Under the pieces are notes generated by a model. That model saw only the letters and a list, made by a program, of their open reading frames with translations, had not been told where the DNA came from and made no database searches. The translations under genes and the position numbers were made by a program. Of a DNA stretch of 64,000 bases, positions 18,202 to 26,604 are shown piece by piece. This DNA comes from Minisyncoccota bacterium (GTDB lineage Bacteria; Patescibacteriota; Minisyncoccia; Phycocordibacterales; JABAAK01), in assembly GCA_963668425.1 (NCBI GenBank), contig OY764332.1:524336-588335 (forward strand), written 5' to 3'. Each line of letters starts with the position of its first letter. Positions within the stretch are counted from its first letter, which is position 1.

Positions 18202-18867
18202 ATGGTAAGAACAAAGATGATTGTGGCTGCCCTTGCTGTAGGGTTGTTGATTGCTGGTGTGCTTTATTCACAAAGGGCAGCTGGCATTGAGGGCAAGGAA
18301 TGTACGCTGTTTATTGGTATAGGAAAATTGTCTCCATTGACTGGAAGAATATTGTTAGTGTTACCCAATTCGCTTATGTCACTGGAATGCTGGGCTGATT
18401 ACGCAAGACCAGAATGGATTGATATTGATTTTGTATTTCTATCTGGCACGGAGGACGGTGGCACAGGAGGTGAAATGACACAGTTGACCAAAGGAGGGAA
18501 AATGCGGGCAAGATACCTGCCTGCAAACAATGTGTACGCCACAGAAAAACTGCCGCCAATAGAAGAGTTGAAACAGAGTTTTGAAAAGAGTTTTGAAAAC
18601 AAATACATCCTCTTAAAGGGAGTTGGGCTAACATCCTACGGAGGAATGGAGCCAAAGTTGTTTCAATGTGGAGAAGTAGGATGTTTGGTGAATCTGGATA
18701 GAGATAAAAAGTACTCACACGTCTACACGCCACAGAAGAAAAAGAAAAGGGGTGGAGGATTTAGAATTATCAGCAACAGGAACAAGGAGTTAGCAGTGAG
18801 GTCGCATGTTGACAGGTTGCTGAAACCTGTGCTTGGTATTGTAGGAGGTGTTGCCCCTATGTGGTAA
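18202..18867 (+). CDS. secreted hypothetical protein, paralog A
   Basis: Signal peptide MVRTKMIVAALAVGLLIAGVLYS; shares ECWADYARPEWIDI, SYGGMEPKLF, YSHVYTPQKKKKRGGGFRIISNR and an identical C-terminus PVLGIVGGVAPMW with the next gene. Confidence 0.55.
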   Translation: MVRTKMIVAALAVGLLIAGVLYSQRAAGIEGKECTLFIGIGKLSPLTGRILLVLPNSLMSLECWADYARPEWIDIDFVFLSGTEDGGTGGEMTQLTKGGKMRARYLPANNVYATEKLPPIEELKQSFEKSFENKYILLKGVGLTSYGGMEPKLFQCGEVGCLVNLDRDKKYSHVYTPQKKKKRGGGFRIISNRNKELAVRSHVDRLLKPVLGIVGGVAPMW

Positions 18868-18922
18868 GTTTTTCACACCGCAAAAGACAGCACTGTTTTA
18901 CACAACGTATACTACAGTCAGC

Positions 18923-19573
18923 ATGAAAGGGACGCTTACATTCTCTGTTTTATTTGCAACGTTACTATTTTTTGTCGCTTTTCTCAGCACCACGTTCACA
19001 CCTGTTGTAGAGGCAGTAGAGGGGAAGGAATGTTATTTCTATGCTGAAAATTTTTTGACAGATGACAACAGGGTTGAACTGATAGCAGAGCCAGCGTGGG
19101 AATGCTGGGCTGATTACGCAAGACCAGAATGGATTGATATGCATTACATCATAGTATCTGCTGAAGATATTGATGGACTCACTGAGCACACCCAATTGAC
19201 CAAAGAAAGAAAGGTGCGTGCAAAAAGCAAGGATGGCGATCACAGGGAATACATTACAAGCAGATTTCCACAGATAGAAGAGTTAAAGAAGGATTTTAGA
19301 GTCGGCTTTGAGAATCAGTACCTTTTTATCAAGACAACGGGGCTGTCCTCGTATGGAGGAATGAGACCAACGCTTTTCTTTTGCGGAGAAGGATGCCTTA
19401 CCTACTTAGATGACAATAGTAGATATTCACACGTGTACAAGCCAAAAAGAAAAAGAGGTGGAGGATTTAGAATTATCAGCAACAGGGGCGAGGGGTCGGC
19501 AGTAAGGTCACATGTAACGCCACTGAAAGAACCTGTGCTTGGTATTGTAGGAGGTGTTGCCCCTATGTGGTAG
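18923..19573 (+). CDS. secreted hypothetical protein, paralog B
   Basis: Start at the internal ATG 18923 (MKGTLTFSVLFATLLFFVAFLST signal peptide); same conserved blocks and C-terminus as paralog A. Confidence 0.55.
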   Translation: MKGTLTFSVLFATLLFFVAFLSTTFTPVVEAVEGKECYFYAENFLTDDNRVELIAEPAWECWADYARPEWIDMHYIIVSAEDIDGLTEHTQLTKERKVRAKSKDGDHREYITSRFPQIEELKKDFRVGFENQYLFIKTTGLSSYGGMRPTLFFCGEGCLTYLDDNSRYSHVYKPKRKRGGGFRIISNRGEGSAVRSHVTPLKEPVLGIVGGVAPMW

Positions 19574-19826
19574 GTTTTTCACACGGCTCACATCGCTTTT
19601 ATTTGGTATTTATTGCTTGTAGCATATGTATTCTCATTGGATTGTAAGGGGATGCTTCATAAAGTAAGGGGATGTTGCTGAAAATGTTGCAAAGAGGTAT
19701 ACTACTAATGGAGGTTTTAATAATTGTTGCTATATAACGCAAGGATATATTGCGGATTTTCGGTGGATATAGCAAGTAAGCCGTACATATGCAAAAAGTC
19801 CTTGTTCAACACTTTTGGAGGTATGT

Positions 19827-20216
19827 ATGTCATACACATTGCCACATGCGTTACACGAGCGTATAAGAAAAGATTCTTTACGGTTTACCAGTATACAGAA
19901 GATTACGGCACCGCTTGAGAGCATTAATTCCATGCGGGCATTTAGCTTTCTGGTGTCTGGGCAGGTTGATGCGCCATATGAAGAGGTGTCTCGACAAGAG
20001 ATCACCTTTTATGATAAATATGGAGATGAGGTCGGTGTTTGTTTGCAGCAGGGTCACTTCATGTCTGCATGGTGCAGTGACTCTAGCTATACTGATGGAG
20101 GTGAGACGGTGGAAGAAGCGCTGGCTCGCCTTGATGACGATACCATCTCTTTTATTTTTGTAGTGTTTTACAACCATAGCAAGATTAAAAGCATTAGGGT
20201 GTATAACGTGGCGTAA
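19827..20216 (+). CDS. hypothetical protein
   Basis: ATG at 19827 with a GGAGG RBS 6 nt upstream (the ORF-track start is TTG at 19815). Confidence 0.45.
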   Translation: MSYTLPHALHERIRKDSLRFTSIQKITAPLESINSMRAFSFLVSGQVDAPYEEVSRQEITFYDKYGDEVGVCLQQGHFMSAWCSDSSYTDGGETVEEALARLDDDTISFIFVVFYNHSKIKSIRVYNVA

Positions 20217-20343
20217 TGCTTTTATTCTTTGTTCTCCTGGGGAGTGTCCGTGTACGGATGCTCCCTATTTTTATGCTATCTATGCAAAAGCAGTGTGCTA
20301 CACGCTGTGTCATTTTTTATTCTGTATACTACCTATTAGGTAT

Positions 20344-21339
20344 ATGAAGCGGGTTGCTATAAACGGTTTCGGACGAATCGGACGAGCATTTTTTCGTCTT
20401 GCATTTGCGTGTAAGGATATTGAGGTGGTTGTGATAAATGATTTAATGGATATTGAGGCGGCGGCATATTTGTTGCGGTATGATTCTGTATATAGAAGAT
20501 TTGTACCAGAAGTCTCTGTCAGTGAAGATGCACTACAGGTCGGTGCAAAAGAAGTGTCGTGGCTATCAACGAAAAATCCGACTGAGCTGCCGTGGCGCTC
20601 TATGGATATTGATGTGGTGATAGAAGCGACGGGGGTGTTTGCCTCATACGAAAAAGCATACATGCACATCATCGCCGGAGCAAAACACGCACTTATTACT
20701 GCGCCGGTTACTGGTGATCCGCCGGAAAACGTGCAGGCAGGGACAGCGCTCTTTGGTATCAATGAAGATGCCGTGCGTAACTGTTCAGTTTCATCAAATG
20801 CATCCTGCACGACTAATGCGGTTGGATTGCCACTTGACCTGCTGGACAAGGAGATCGGTGTGGAGAGCGCTCTTTTGAATACGATACACAGCTATACCGC
20901 AACGCAGCAAACAGTTGACAGTCCCTCAAGAAAGAGTGACCTGCGGTATGGACGTGCTGCGGCTGTCAATATCATCCCAGCTTCAACTGGTGCCGCAATA
21001 GCAACAACAAAAGTGTTGCCGTCAATGCGAGGTAAATTTGATGGTATTGCTCTGCGAGTGCCAACCATTACTGCCTCTTTGGTTGATCTGACCTTTGTTA
21101 CAAAAAAGAAAACAACCGTTGCAGAGATACATGAGGTGTTGAAACGGGGTACTAATGCATTATTTTCCACCACTACTGACCCTGTTGTTTCATCTGATAT
21201 TATTGGTGAACCGTTTGTGTCTATCGCTGATTTATCTATGACACGAGTGGTGAATGGTACCTTGGCAAAGGTGCTATTGTGGTATGACAATGAAATGGGA
21301 TATGCACAGTCACTTATTGAGCGTACAAAACACCTATGA
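20344..21339 (+). CDS. gapA: glyceraldehyde-3-phosphate dehydrogenase, type I
   Basis: INGFGRIGR NAD-binding motif, SNASCTTN catalytic-Cys motif, WYDNEMGYA C-terminal motif; start at MKRVAINGFG. Confidence 0.9.
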   Translation: MKRVAINGFGRIGRAFFRLAFACKDIEVVVINDLMDIEAAAYLLRYDSVYRRFVPEVSVSEDALQVGAKEVSWLSTKNPTELPWRSMDIDVVIEATGVFASYEKAYMHIIAGAKHALITAPVTGDPPENVQAGTALFGINEDAVRNCSVSSNASCTTNAVGLPLDLLDKEIGVESALLNTIHSYTATQQTVDSPSRKSDLRYGRAAAVNIIPASTGAAIATTKVLPSMRGKFDGIALRVPTITASLVDLTFVTKKKTTVAEIHEVLKRGTNALFSTTTDPVVSSDIIGEPFVSIADLSMTRVVNGTLAKVLLWYDNEMGYAQSLIERTKHL

Positions 21340-21782
21340 GTACTATTATTCTTGCAACAGATCATGCGGGGTTTGCACTGAAGGAGCATGTCAAACAGTT
21401 CCTTGAGAAAAACGGGCATACCGTCAAGGATGTTGGTGCGCGTGCATTGGACCCTGATGATGACTATCCGAAGTATATGCGAGCTGCAGCGAAGATGTTG
21501 CTGAGTACGCCTGATTCGTTTGGTATTGTCTTTGGTGGATCGGGGCAAGGTGAAGCGATGGTGATGAATCGCCGGCAAGGTATACGGGCGATTGTATATA
21601 CCACCTCTAACCCTGATATTGTAAAAGTTGGTCGGGAGCACAATAATGCGAATGTGCTGTCTATGGGTGCGCGGTTTTTGAGTGTTGCCCAAGCGGAAGT
21701 AGCGGCTGAAGTGTTCCTCTCAACAGCGTTTTCCAATGAAGAGCGGCATGAGCGGAGAGTTACGCAAATAGATTCTGGGTAA
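21336..21782 (+). CDS. rpiB: ribose-5-phosphate isomerase B
   Basis: ATDHAGFALKE, GSGQGE, NRRQGIRA and HNNANVLSMGARF are RpiB/LacAB hallmarks; overlaps the gapA stop by 4 nt. Confidence 0.85.
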   Translation: MSTIILATDHAGFALKEHVKQFLEKNGHTVKDVGARALDPDDDYPKYMRAAAKMLLSTPDSFGIVFGGSGQGEAMVMNRRQGIRAIVYTTSNPDIVKVGREHNNANVLSMGARFLSVAQAEVAAEVFLSTAFSNEERHERRVTQIDSG

Positions 21783-21804
21783 GTGGTGGTACTATGTACA
21801 CTAT

Positions 21805-22527
21805 ATGAAAATGACTATCACTCCTGCTATCTTGGAGCAGTCCTTTGATGCTATTTTGGAGGCGGCACATCGTGTGAAAGGTACTGCTGCATCTGTGCAG
21901 ATAGATGTTATTGATGGCGTGTATGCGACAAATGCAACATGGCCTTTTTTAGCGGATAAGCATGCTGACACTGGTGGTGCCAAGGTTGGAGATCTCGTGC
22001 ATGTGTCAGAAAAGCAGTTGGCGGATAAAGCGGAATGTCTGTACGGCTTAGATATGCCATTTGAATTGGACTTGATGATTCAGAATCCTGAGGATTCATT
22101 AGGGGTATGGCTTTTGACTGATGCGACCCGATTGATTATTCACCGAACATCAACACAGTATATTTCGTACTGTATACATCGGGTAAAAGATGACGGACGG
22201 GAGGTGTATCTTGGACTAACTGCCAATGATACGCTTGAAGGCGTTTCCTCGGCACTTGACATGGTTGATGGTGTGCAGTGTATGGGGATAGCGGAGATAG
22301 GAAAGCAGGGAGAGCCGTATAACGAGCGGATTGAAACACTCATTGCAGAAATTCATGCAGCATACCCCTCACTGCCGATACAGGTTGATGGTGGAGTGTC
22401 TGCGCAAACAATGCCGCGGCTCTTGGAGGTGGGGGTAACGCAATTTGCAGCTGGCTCTGCGCTGTTCCAAGGAGATGTAAAGGAAAATTTTACGACACTG
22501 CAGGAATCTGTGCGTGCACACGCATAG
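21805..22527 (+). CDS. rpe: ribulose-phosphate 3-epimerase-family protein (divergent)
   Basis: ITPAILE…IDVIDG…LDLMIQNPE…QVDGGV pattern of the Rpe TIM barrel; sits in an operon context with rpiB. Confidence 0.65.
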   Translation: MKMTITPAILEQSFDAILEAAHRVKGTAASVQIDVIDGVYATNATWPFLADKHADTGGAKVGDLVHVSEKQLADKAECLYGLDMPFELDLMIQNPEDSLGVWLLTDATRLIIHRTSTQYISYCIHRVKDDGREVYLGLTANDTLEGVSSALDMVDGVQCMGIAEIGKQGEPYNERIETLIAEIHAAYPSLPIQVDGGVSAQTMPRLLEVGVTQFAAGSALFQGDVKENFTTLQESVRAHA

Positions 22528-22634
22528 GGTATGCCACACTCCTCGTCTTTTTTACCCTTGTACCCATGTCTTCAACTGTGCTCGTCACTGCCGTGTCGTG
22601 GGGTGGTGTCTAATGTGCGATATACTAAACACAT

Positions 22635-23402
22635 ATGAGGAATGTTGCTGTTGCCTTGACCTATTCACGGTTGTTTCATGTCGCATCAGTTGTATTTGAT
22701 GTGGTGGGTATCACCTATTTTATCTGGGCATTCTTTTTTCTTTCTGAGCCGCTTGTGCTATTTGAGATATTGCTCGGGATTTTTTTTGCTATGGAGTATG
22801 TCTTGTTGCTGCTTGCGAGTGAAAAATGGTGGCAGTACATCAGACATCCTCTTGCGATTTCCAATGCACTGATTATTGTTGGGTATTTAGCTGCGCCGCT
22901 GTGGAACTTTGGTTTTTTGCGTATTTTGCGGGTATTTCGGATCATCCAACTGTATCAGATTATTCCAGACATACGGATGTTCACTAACCGAATTGTTTTT
23001 TGGGAAAAATTGTTTGCAACGCTCATTCATGTGTGTGTGCTGGTATTTATTATCACAAAAGTAGTGTTTGTACTGCAAGCGAATATTAATGCCGACATTG
23101 AAACAATATTTGATGCGTTTTATTTCACCATTAATGCGATTACAAAAGTGGGGGATGGGGACTCTATCACCCTAGTCGGTGTGCAAGGGAAGGTGCTGAC
23201 ATTAATTATTGCTTTCTTGAGCTTGTCTATTTTTGTGCAACTATTAGACACCGCTCGTGAGGTGCAGCAGATTCGTCTGACGCGAAAGAAAAGAGGCAAA
23301 CGGAAAAATGGCAAATGGAAAAAGGGCGAAGAGATATATACCGAACATTTGTGTACGTACTGTGATATCAAAAATAGAGATAAGTTTGCCTCTTGTAAGT
23401 AA
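22635..23402 (+). CDS. ion-channel-family membrane protein (K+-channel-like pore)
   Basis: Multiple TM helices; Arg-rich S4-like segment FLRILRVFRIIQLYQ; pore-loop and selectivity-filter-like TINAITKVGDGD; basic C-terminal tail. Confidence 0.55.
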   Translation: MRNVAVALTYSRLFHVASVVFDVVGITYFIWAFFFLSEPLVLFEILLGIFFAMEYVLLLLASEKWWQYIRHPLAISNALIIVGYLAAPLWNFGFLRILRVFRIIQLYQIIPDIRMFTNRIVFWEKLFATLIHVCVLVFIITKVVFVLQANINADIETIFDAFYFTINAITKVGDGDSITLVGVQGKVLTLIIAFLSLSIFVQLLDTAREVQQIRLTRKKRGKRKNGKWKKGEEIYTEHLCTYCDIKNRDKFASCK

Positions 23403-23417
23403 CTAAAGGATCTGCAT

Positions 23418-23630
23418 CTATTGTGTTGAAGAGTGTCCGACAGTGTTTACATATTTTGGGCTTACATTACGTATTTCATACCCTTTTCCGCACTCATTTT
23501 TCTCATCCATGGCGTAGCGTGTGAATTCGTCCATGGAGGTAAAGCGCGCCACCTCACTGCCGTCTGATTTCTTTATTAATATGATGTTCTTGTTGTTGTT
23601 CATGTGAGTAGTATGTCTGCCGTTGTTCAA
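23418..23630 (-). CDS. hypothetical small protein (weak)
   Basis: 70-aa ORF convergent with the channel gene; no motif. Confidence 0.2.
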   Translation of the reverse strand: MNNGRHTTHMNNNKNIILIKKSDGSEVARFTSMDEFTRYAMDEKNECGKGYEIRNVSPKYVNTVGHSSTQ

Positions 23631-23733
23631 AGTGTCAATGTGGGGTGGGTGTTGTGATTTTTTGGTGGTTGGGGTTTGTGTCGGTGTGTAAAAGGGGTTT
23701 TTGTTTCTGTATGCAGTGGTGTATTCTGTGAGT

Positions 23734-24123
23734 ATGTATGAAGATAAAAAGGTAGTGGTATCGGGAGCAGTCCTTGTCGTTGCGCTTGCTGTCGTTGCGC
23801 TGTTGATGTGGGGAGTGCCGACTTATAACGTGTGGCAGAAGGAGCTGAGTGGTAAGGCAGAGTTGCGGGAAGCGGAATGGAATAAACAGATACTGGTAGA
23901 GCAGGCAAAGGCAGAAAAAGAGTCAGCGACACTTTACGCTGAAGCAGAGATAGAAAGAGCCAAGGGAGTGGCAGAGAGCAACAAGATAATCGCTGGTGGT
24001 TTGCAAAATAATGAAGCGTATCTCAGGTACCTCTACATCACTACACTGAAAGATCTTGAGACCAAGTTGATCTACGTGCCGACTGAAGCGGGGTTGCCTA
24101 TACTTGAGGCAGGCAGAAAGTAA
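23734..24123 (+). CDS. small membrane-anchored protein with SPFH/band-7-like coiled segment
   Basis: ATG at 23734; one TM helix, then AELREAEWNKQILVEQAKAEKESATLYAEAEIERAKGVAES, resembling the HflK/C-type AEAE repeat. Confidence 0.3.
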   Translation: MYEDKKVVVSGAVLVVALAVVALLMWGVPTYNVWQKELSGKAELREAEWNKQILVEQAKAEKESATLYAEAEIERAKGVAESNKIIAGGLQNNEAYLRYLYITTLKDLETKLIYVPTEAGLPILEAGRK

Positions 24124-24502
24124 TCAGTCGCTATCTACGTTGGAGATTGTGCGGGGGGAGGGTGTAGCGGTGTGGTGAGAGGTGTCGTTGGTTTTAAGTC
24201 CTCATTCTCAAAGAAAGATGGGAAGCGGTATACTTTTGAGTATGTTGATGGAAAGAAAAAAGCCAAGAAGGTGTCGGATACACGAAGGCGGGCGGCGAGG
24301 AGAGCGTATAGGAGAAAGAAGAAGAAGGCGAGCGTACCGGAGAAGCGTAAAGCCAAGTAAAACTGCACGAACAATTGTGCATTTGCGTACAAACTGATAC
24401 TGATATATACTGTTCTTGAAAGCCCCGCCTACTACTATTTGTGGCAGTAGTGAAGTGTTGACACTGGAAGTTCTCTTCAAATTTACAGACAACACCTCAT
24501 GT

Positions 24503-24775
24503 ATGAAAAAGGTAAGGGCAAAGAAGGAAAATAGTGATAGAGTGCGATGGGTTGTTGCGGAGCGTTTAGGATTTCCGTGGGGACACTGGTACGCAGCTGA
24601 ATCCGGCTCATGGATGGAAGAAAGCATCAAGAAAGCGAAATTCTTTGAGTCATTTTCTGAGGCACTAAAAGCACTGGAAGAGAGACATCGTATTAACGGT
24701 TATTATCGTAATAAGGATATGCATGATCGTAGATGGAAGTGTGTCAAAATTATTCCAGTGTTATTGAAGGATTAA
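24503..24775 (+). CDS. hypothetical protein
   Basis: 90-aa ORF from the internal ATG (MKKVRAKKENSDRVRWVV…); TTGACA at 24456. Confidence 0.4.
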   Translation: MKKVRAKKENSDRVRWVVAERLGFPWGHWYAAESGSWMEESIKKAKFFESFSEALKALEERHRINGYYRNKDMHDRRWKCVKIIPVLLKD

Positions 24776-24783
24776 TAAAAAAA

Positions 24784-24801
24784 GGGCAGCAATTGCTGCC
24801 C
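24784..24801. terminator. perfect 18-bp palindrome; terminator for the minus-strand lipoprotein gene
   Basis: gggcagcaa/ttgctgccc; the T-tract is on the minus-strand side (taataaaaaaa on plus). Confidence 0.5.
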
Positions 24802-24825
24802 CTATTGGTTGGGTTAATGGTCATG

Positions 24826-25044
24826 TCAGTCACTCTCCCTGGTCACGGCACTGTCTAGATTGCCGTCAGAGACAATCTGCGTTTTCTCATCGTCCTCTTC
24901 AACGACAATCTCGACGGTGCCGTCATCGTGGATGAGCAGTGCACGCTCTCCACAGCCGGCTAAAAACAGTAAGATGAGTAGCGTTAGGACAATACCGACT
25001 ATGACGAGTCCTACAGCCAGACCGGAGGTTTTTAGGTCAAACAT
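24826..25044 (-). CDS. small lipoprotein
   Basis: AAGGAGAG RBS; signal peptide with an LAGC lipobox (LLFLAGCGE); acidic mature part. Confidence 0.6.
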   Translation of the reverse strand: MFDLKTSGLAVGLVIVGIVLTLLILLFLAGCGERALLIHDDGTVEIVVEEDDEKTQIVSDGNLDSAVTRESD

Positions 25045-25210
25045 TGTACTCTCCTTTATTATAAACGAACTACTTCTATGCCTATATTATAACCCCTATA
25101 CCTATATTTGTCAATATGATTGCCATTGCGTATACTAAAAACAGGTCTTTTTAAGGTATTTCCGTTTTACGGAAACGATCCTTCCTTAGACCCATAACGT
25201 TGTTCAAAAC

Positions 25211-25235
25211 CCCCACTTCGGTGGGGATTTTGTTT
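25211..25235. terminator. terminator-like hairpin in a 600-bp ORF-free region
   Basis: ccccac-ttcg-gtgggg flanked by A/T tracts on both sides. Confidence 0.4.
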
Positions 25236-25318
25236 TAATGCATAGAAAAGCGGGCATAAACAGGGAAAATCGTTTTTATACCCGCATTTCCTCAAAAAAG
25301 CGGGTACAAAAAAGGGTT

Positions 25319-25347
25319 TTGACAATATAATTACATCGGTATATACT
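25319..25347 (+). promoter_or_regulatory. sigma70-type promoter (TTGACA-17-TATACT); also contains TATAAT
   Basis: TTGACA at 25319-25324, 17-nt spacer, TATACT at 25342-25347; the 14-mer ttgacaatataatt recurs at 25568. Confidence 0.45.
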
Positions 25348-25354
25348 GATAATA

Positions 25355-25558
25355 AACCGCATGGCTCCTCCTTTCGATTACGTATTGATTGGTGCTGTTG
25401 GCAAATTCTCACGCTCGAGATCATCGCTCTCGTAGGGTTAGAAACTCCCTGATACATCAGTTGCGGCGATCATAAGTAGCGCACGCCCTCCCTAACGGGT
25501 TTGAGGCGCAGAAATACGCTACTCCGGTTAGCAAAATCCTCACTTCGGTTGGGTTTTT
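25355..25558 (+). ncRNA. candidate about 200-nt structured RNA or cis-regulatory leader (promoter-to-terminator, no ORF)
   Basis: Bounded by the promoter above and a hairpin plus T-tract at 25534-25558 (cctcac-ttcg-gttggg-ttttt); the only ORF is antisense junk; identity unassigned. Confidence 0.3.
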
Positions 25559-25567
25559 GTTGAGGTA

Positions 25568-25596
25568 TTGACAATATAATTGCGTTGTGTAATCAG
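25568..25596 (+). promoter_or_regulatory. second copy of the ttgacaatataatt promoter element
   Basis: TTGACA at 25568-25573 with TATAAT overlapping downstream; precedes the AGGAGG RBS of the gene at 25652. Confidence 0.35.
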
Positions 25597-25651
25597 TTGC
25601 CCTGATGATTAGGTTTCCAGCGGGACTTTATTTTTTATAGGAGGTGAAAGT

Positions 25652-25855
25652 ATGCTGATAGTTGTTACGCTGATAGTTGTTATAGCGGCTTTTGTTTGGA
25701 TTGTCGCTATTACAGAGTTTTTTCACAAAGTGAACATCATGGATCTTAAAAGTTTTGGGACTGTTGCAGGGTTCATTGTAGTTGGCATAATGACTGGCGT
25801 AATCTTGACGTTAATTGTGCTGGCTTTTTTGAGTGGACGAATCTTCTCAGGATGA
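25652..25855 (+). CDS. small two-TM membrane protein (67 aa)
   Basis: AGGAGG RBS; MLIVVTLIVVIAAFVWIVAI … FIVVGIMTGVILTLIVLAFL. Confidence 0.55.
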   Translation: MLIVVTLIVVIAAFVWIVAITEFFHKVNIMDLKSFGTVAGFIVVGIMTGVILTLIVLAFLSGRIFSG

Positions 25856-25993
25856 GAAGAGGTGCACAAAGTTAGATAAAATATTGGAAGAGGTAAAAAC
25901 ATGCTGATAATCGCTGTTTCTTTAGTAACTGCTGGCATTACATTTGGTGTCGCAGGTTTGATTGAAAAACTGATTGAAAGATAGGAGGTAGGT

Positions 25994-26146
25994 ATGTTGA
26001 CAATGTTTCAATCTCTGTTGCTTCTGTTCGTTGTTCTCTTTGCTCCTGTGGTGATCTCTACGGTTAGGAGCAAAAAGCAGTACAAACGTAATAAGGAACG
26101 ATTAAACGACCAAATGTATGGACGGAAACACAGAAGCCACGAGTAA
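25994..26146 (+). CDS. small single-TM membrane protein (50 aa) with basic tail
   Basis: AGGAGG RBS 5 nt upstream; MLTMFQSLLLLFVVLFAPVVIS then KKQYKRNKERLNDQMYGRKHRSHE; I prefer this over the antisense 183-aa low-complexity ORF in the track. Confidence 0.5.
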   Translation: MLTMFQSLLLLFVVLFAPVVISTVRSKKQYKRNKERLNDQMYGRKHRSHE

Positions 26147-26161
26147 AATCGTGGCTTTTTC
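26136..26161 (+). terminator. rho-independent terminator
   Basis: gccacga-gtaaaa-tcgtggc followed by tttttc. Confidence 0.6.
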
Positions 26162-26164
26162 AAA

Positions 26165-26560
26165 TAATATGGGCTTGTTGTAGTGGTGCGTGGCGGCGGT
26201 GTTTGTTGTGTGCGTGGGAGTGGTGTGGTGTGTGGAGTGGTGCTGGATGGAAGATGGAGGATTTGCATGTATTGGGATGGGGGTTGTGCGGAGGTGTGTG
26301 GGAGTGGTGAGAGGTGGTGTGTGTTGTGTGCGTGATGTGGAGCGATGTGAAAAAAGATGGAGGGTTTGCATGTATTGGGATGTGGAGGTGGTGATGGAGG
26401 TTGTGTGGGAGCGGCGAGAGGTGGTGTGTGTTGTGTGCGTGGGAGTGGTGAGAGGTGGTGTGTGGGAGTGGTGAGAGGTGTTGCGTGTTGCTCAGATGTT
26501 GTTTTGTTGTGTGGATGTGTGCACTTTGTACACAAACAGATGTATGTGTCGTGTGACATG
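26165..26560. repeat. GT-rich low-complexity repeat region with two about 105-bp tandem units containing the conserved 45-bp motif gatggagg(a/g)tttgcatgtattgggatg
   Basis: Motif copies at about 26250 and 26355; a third copy is at 39741. Confidence 0.6.
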
Positions 26561-26604
26561 TAGTAGAATACTGTTAGTTATTAATTTAAGATACTTGTGT
26601 GTGT

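Noticed and set aside
24172-24397. 62-71-aa extremely basic ORFs (KKKAKK / RRRAARRAYRRKKKK)
   Set aside because: Two overlapping frames both give poly-basic translations of a purine-rich stretch. There is a GTG start only and no support beyond a G-rich upstream run. They are left unannotated.
25355-25558. Assignment of the promoter-bounded RNA to SRP RNA, tmRNA or RNase P RNA
   Set aside because: It contains GGTGCTGTT but lacks the GGAAGGAAGCAGC helix-8 core of SRP RNA. There is no tRNA-like 3' end, as tmRNA would have, and it is too short and lacks the CR-I/CR-III motifs for RNase P. Its identity is left open.
26008-26559. 183-aa Pro/Thr/His-rich minus-strand ORF
   Set aside because: A low-complexity translation of the GT-rich repeat. 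It overlaps the RBS-led plus-strand small membrane protein gene and has no conservation between motif copies.
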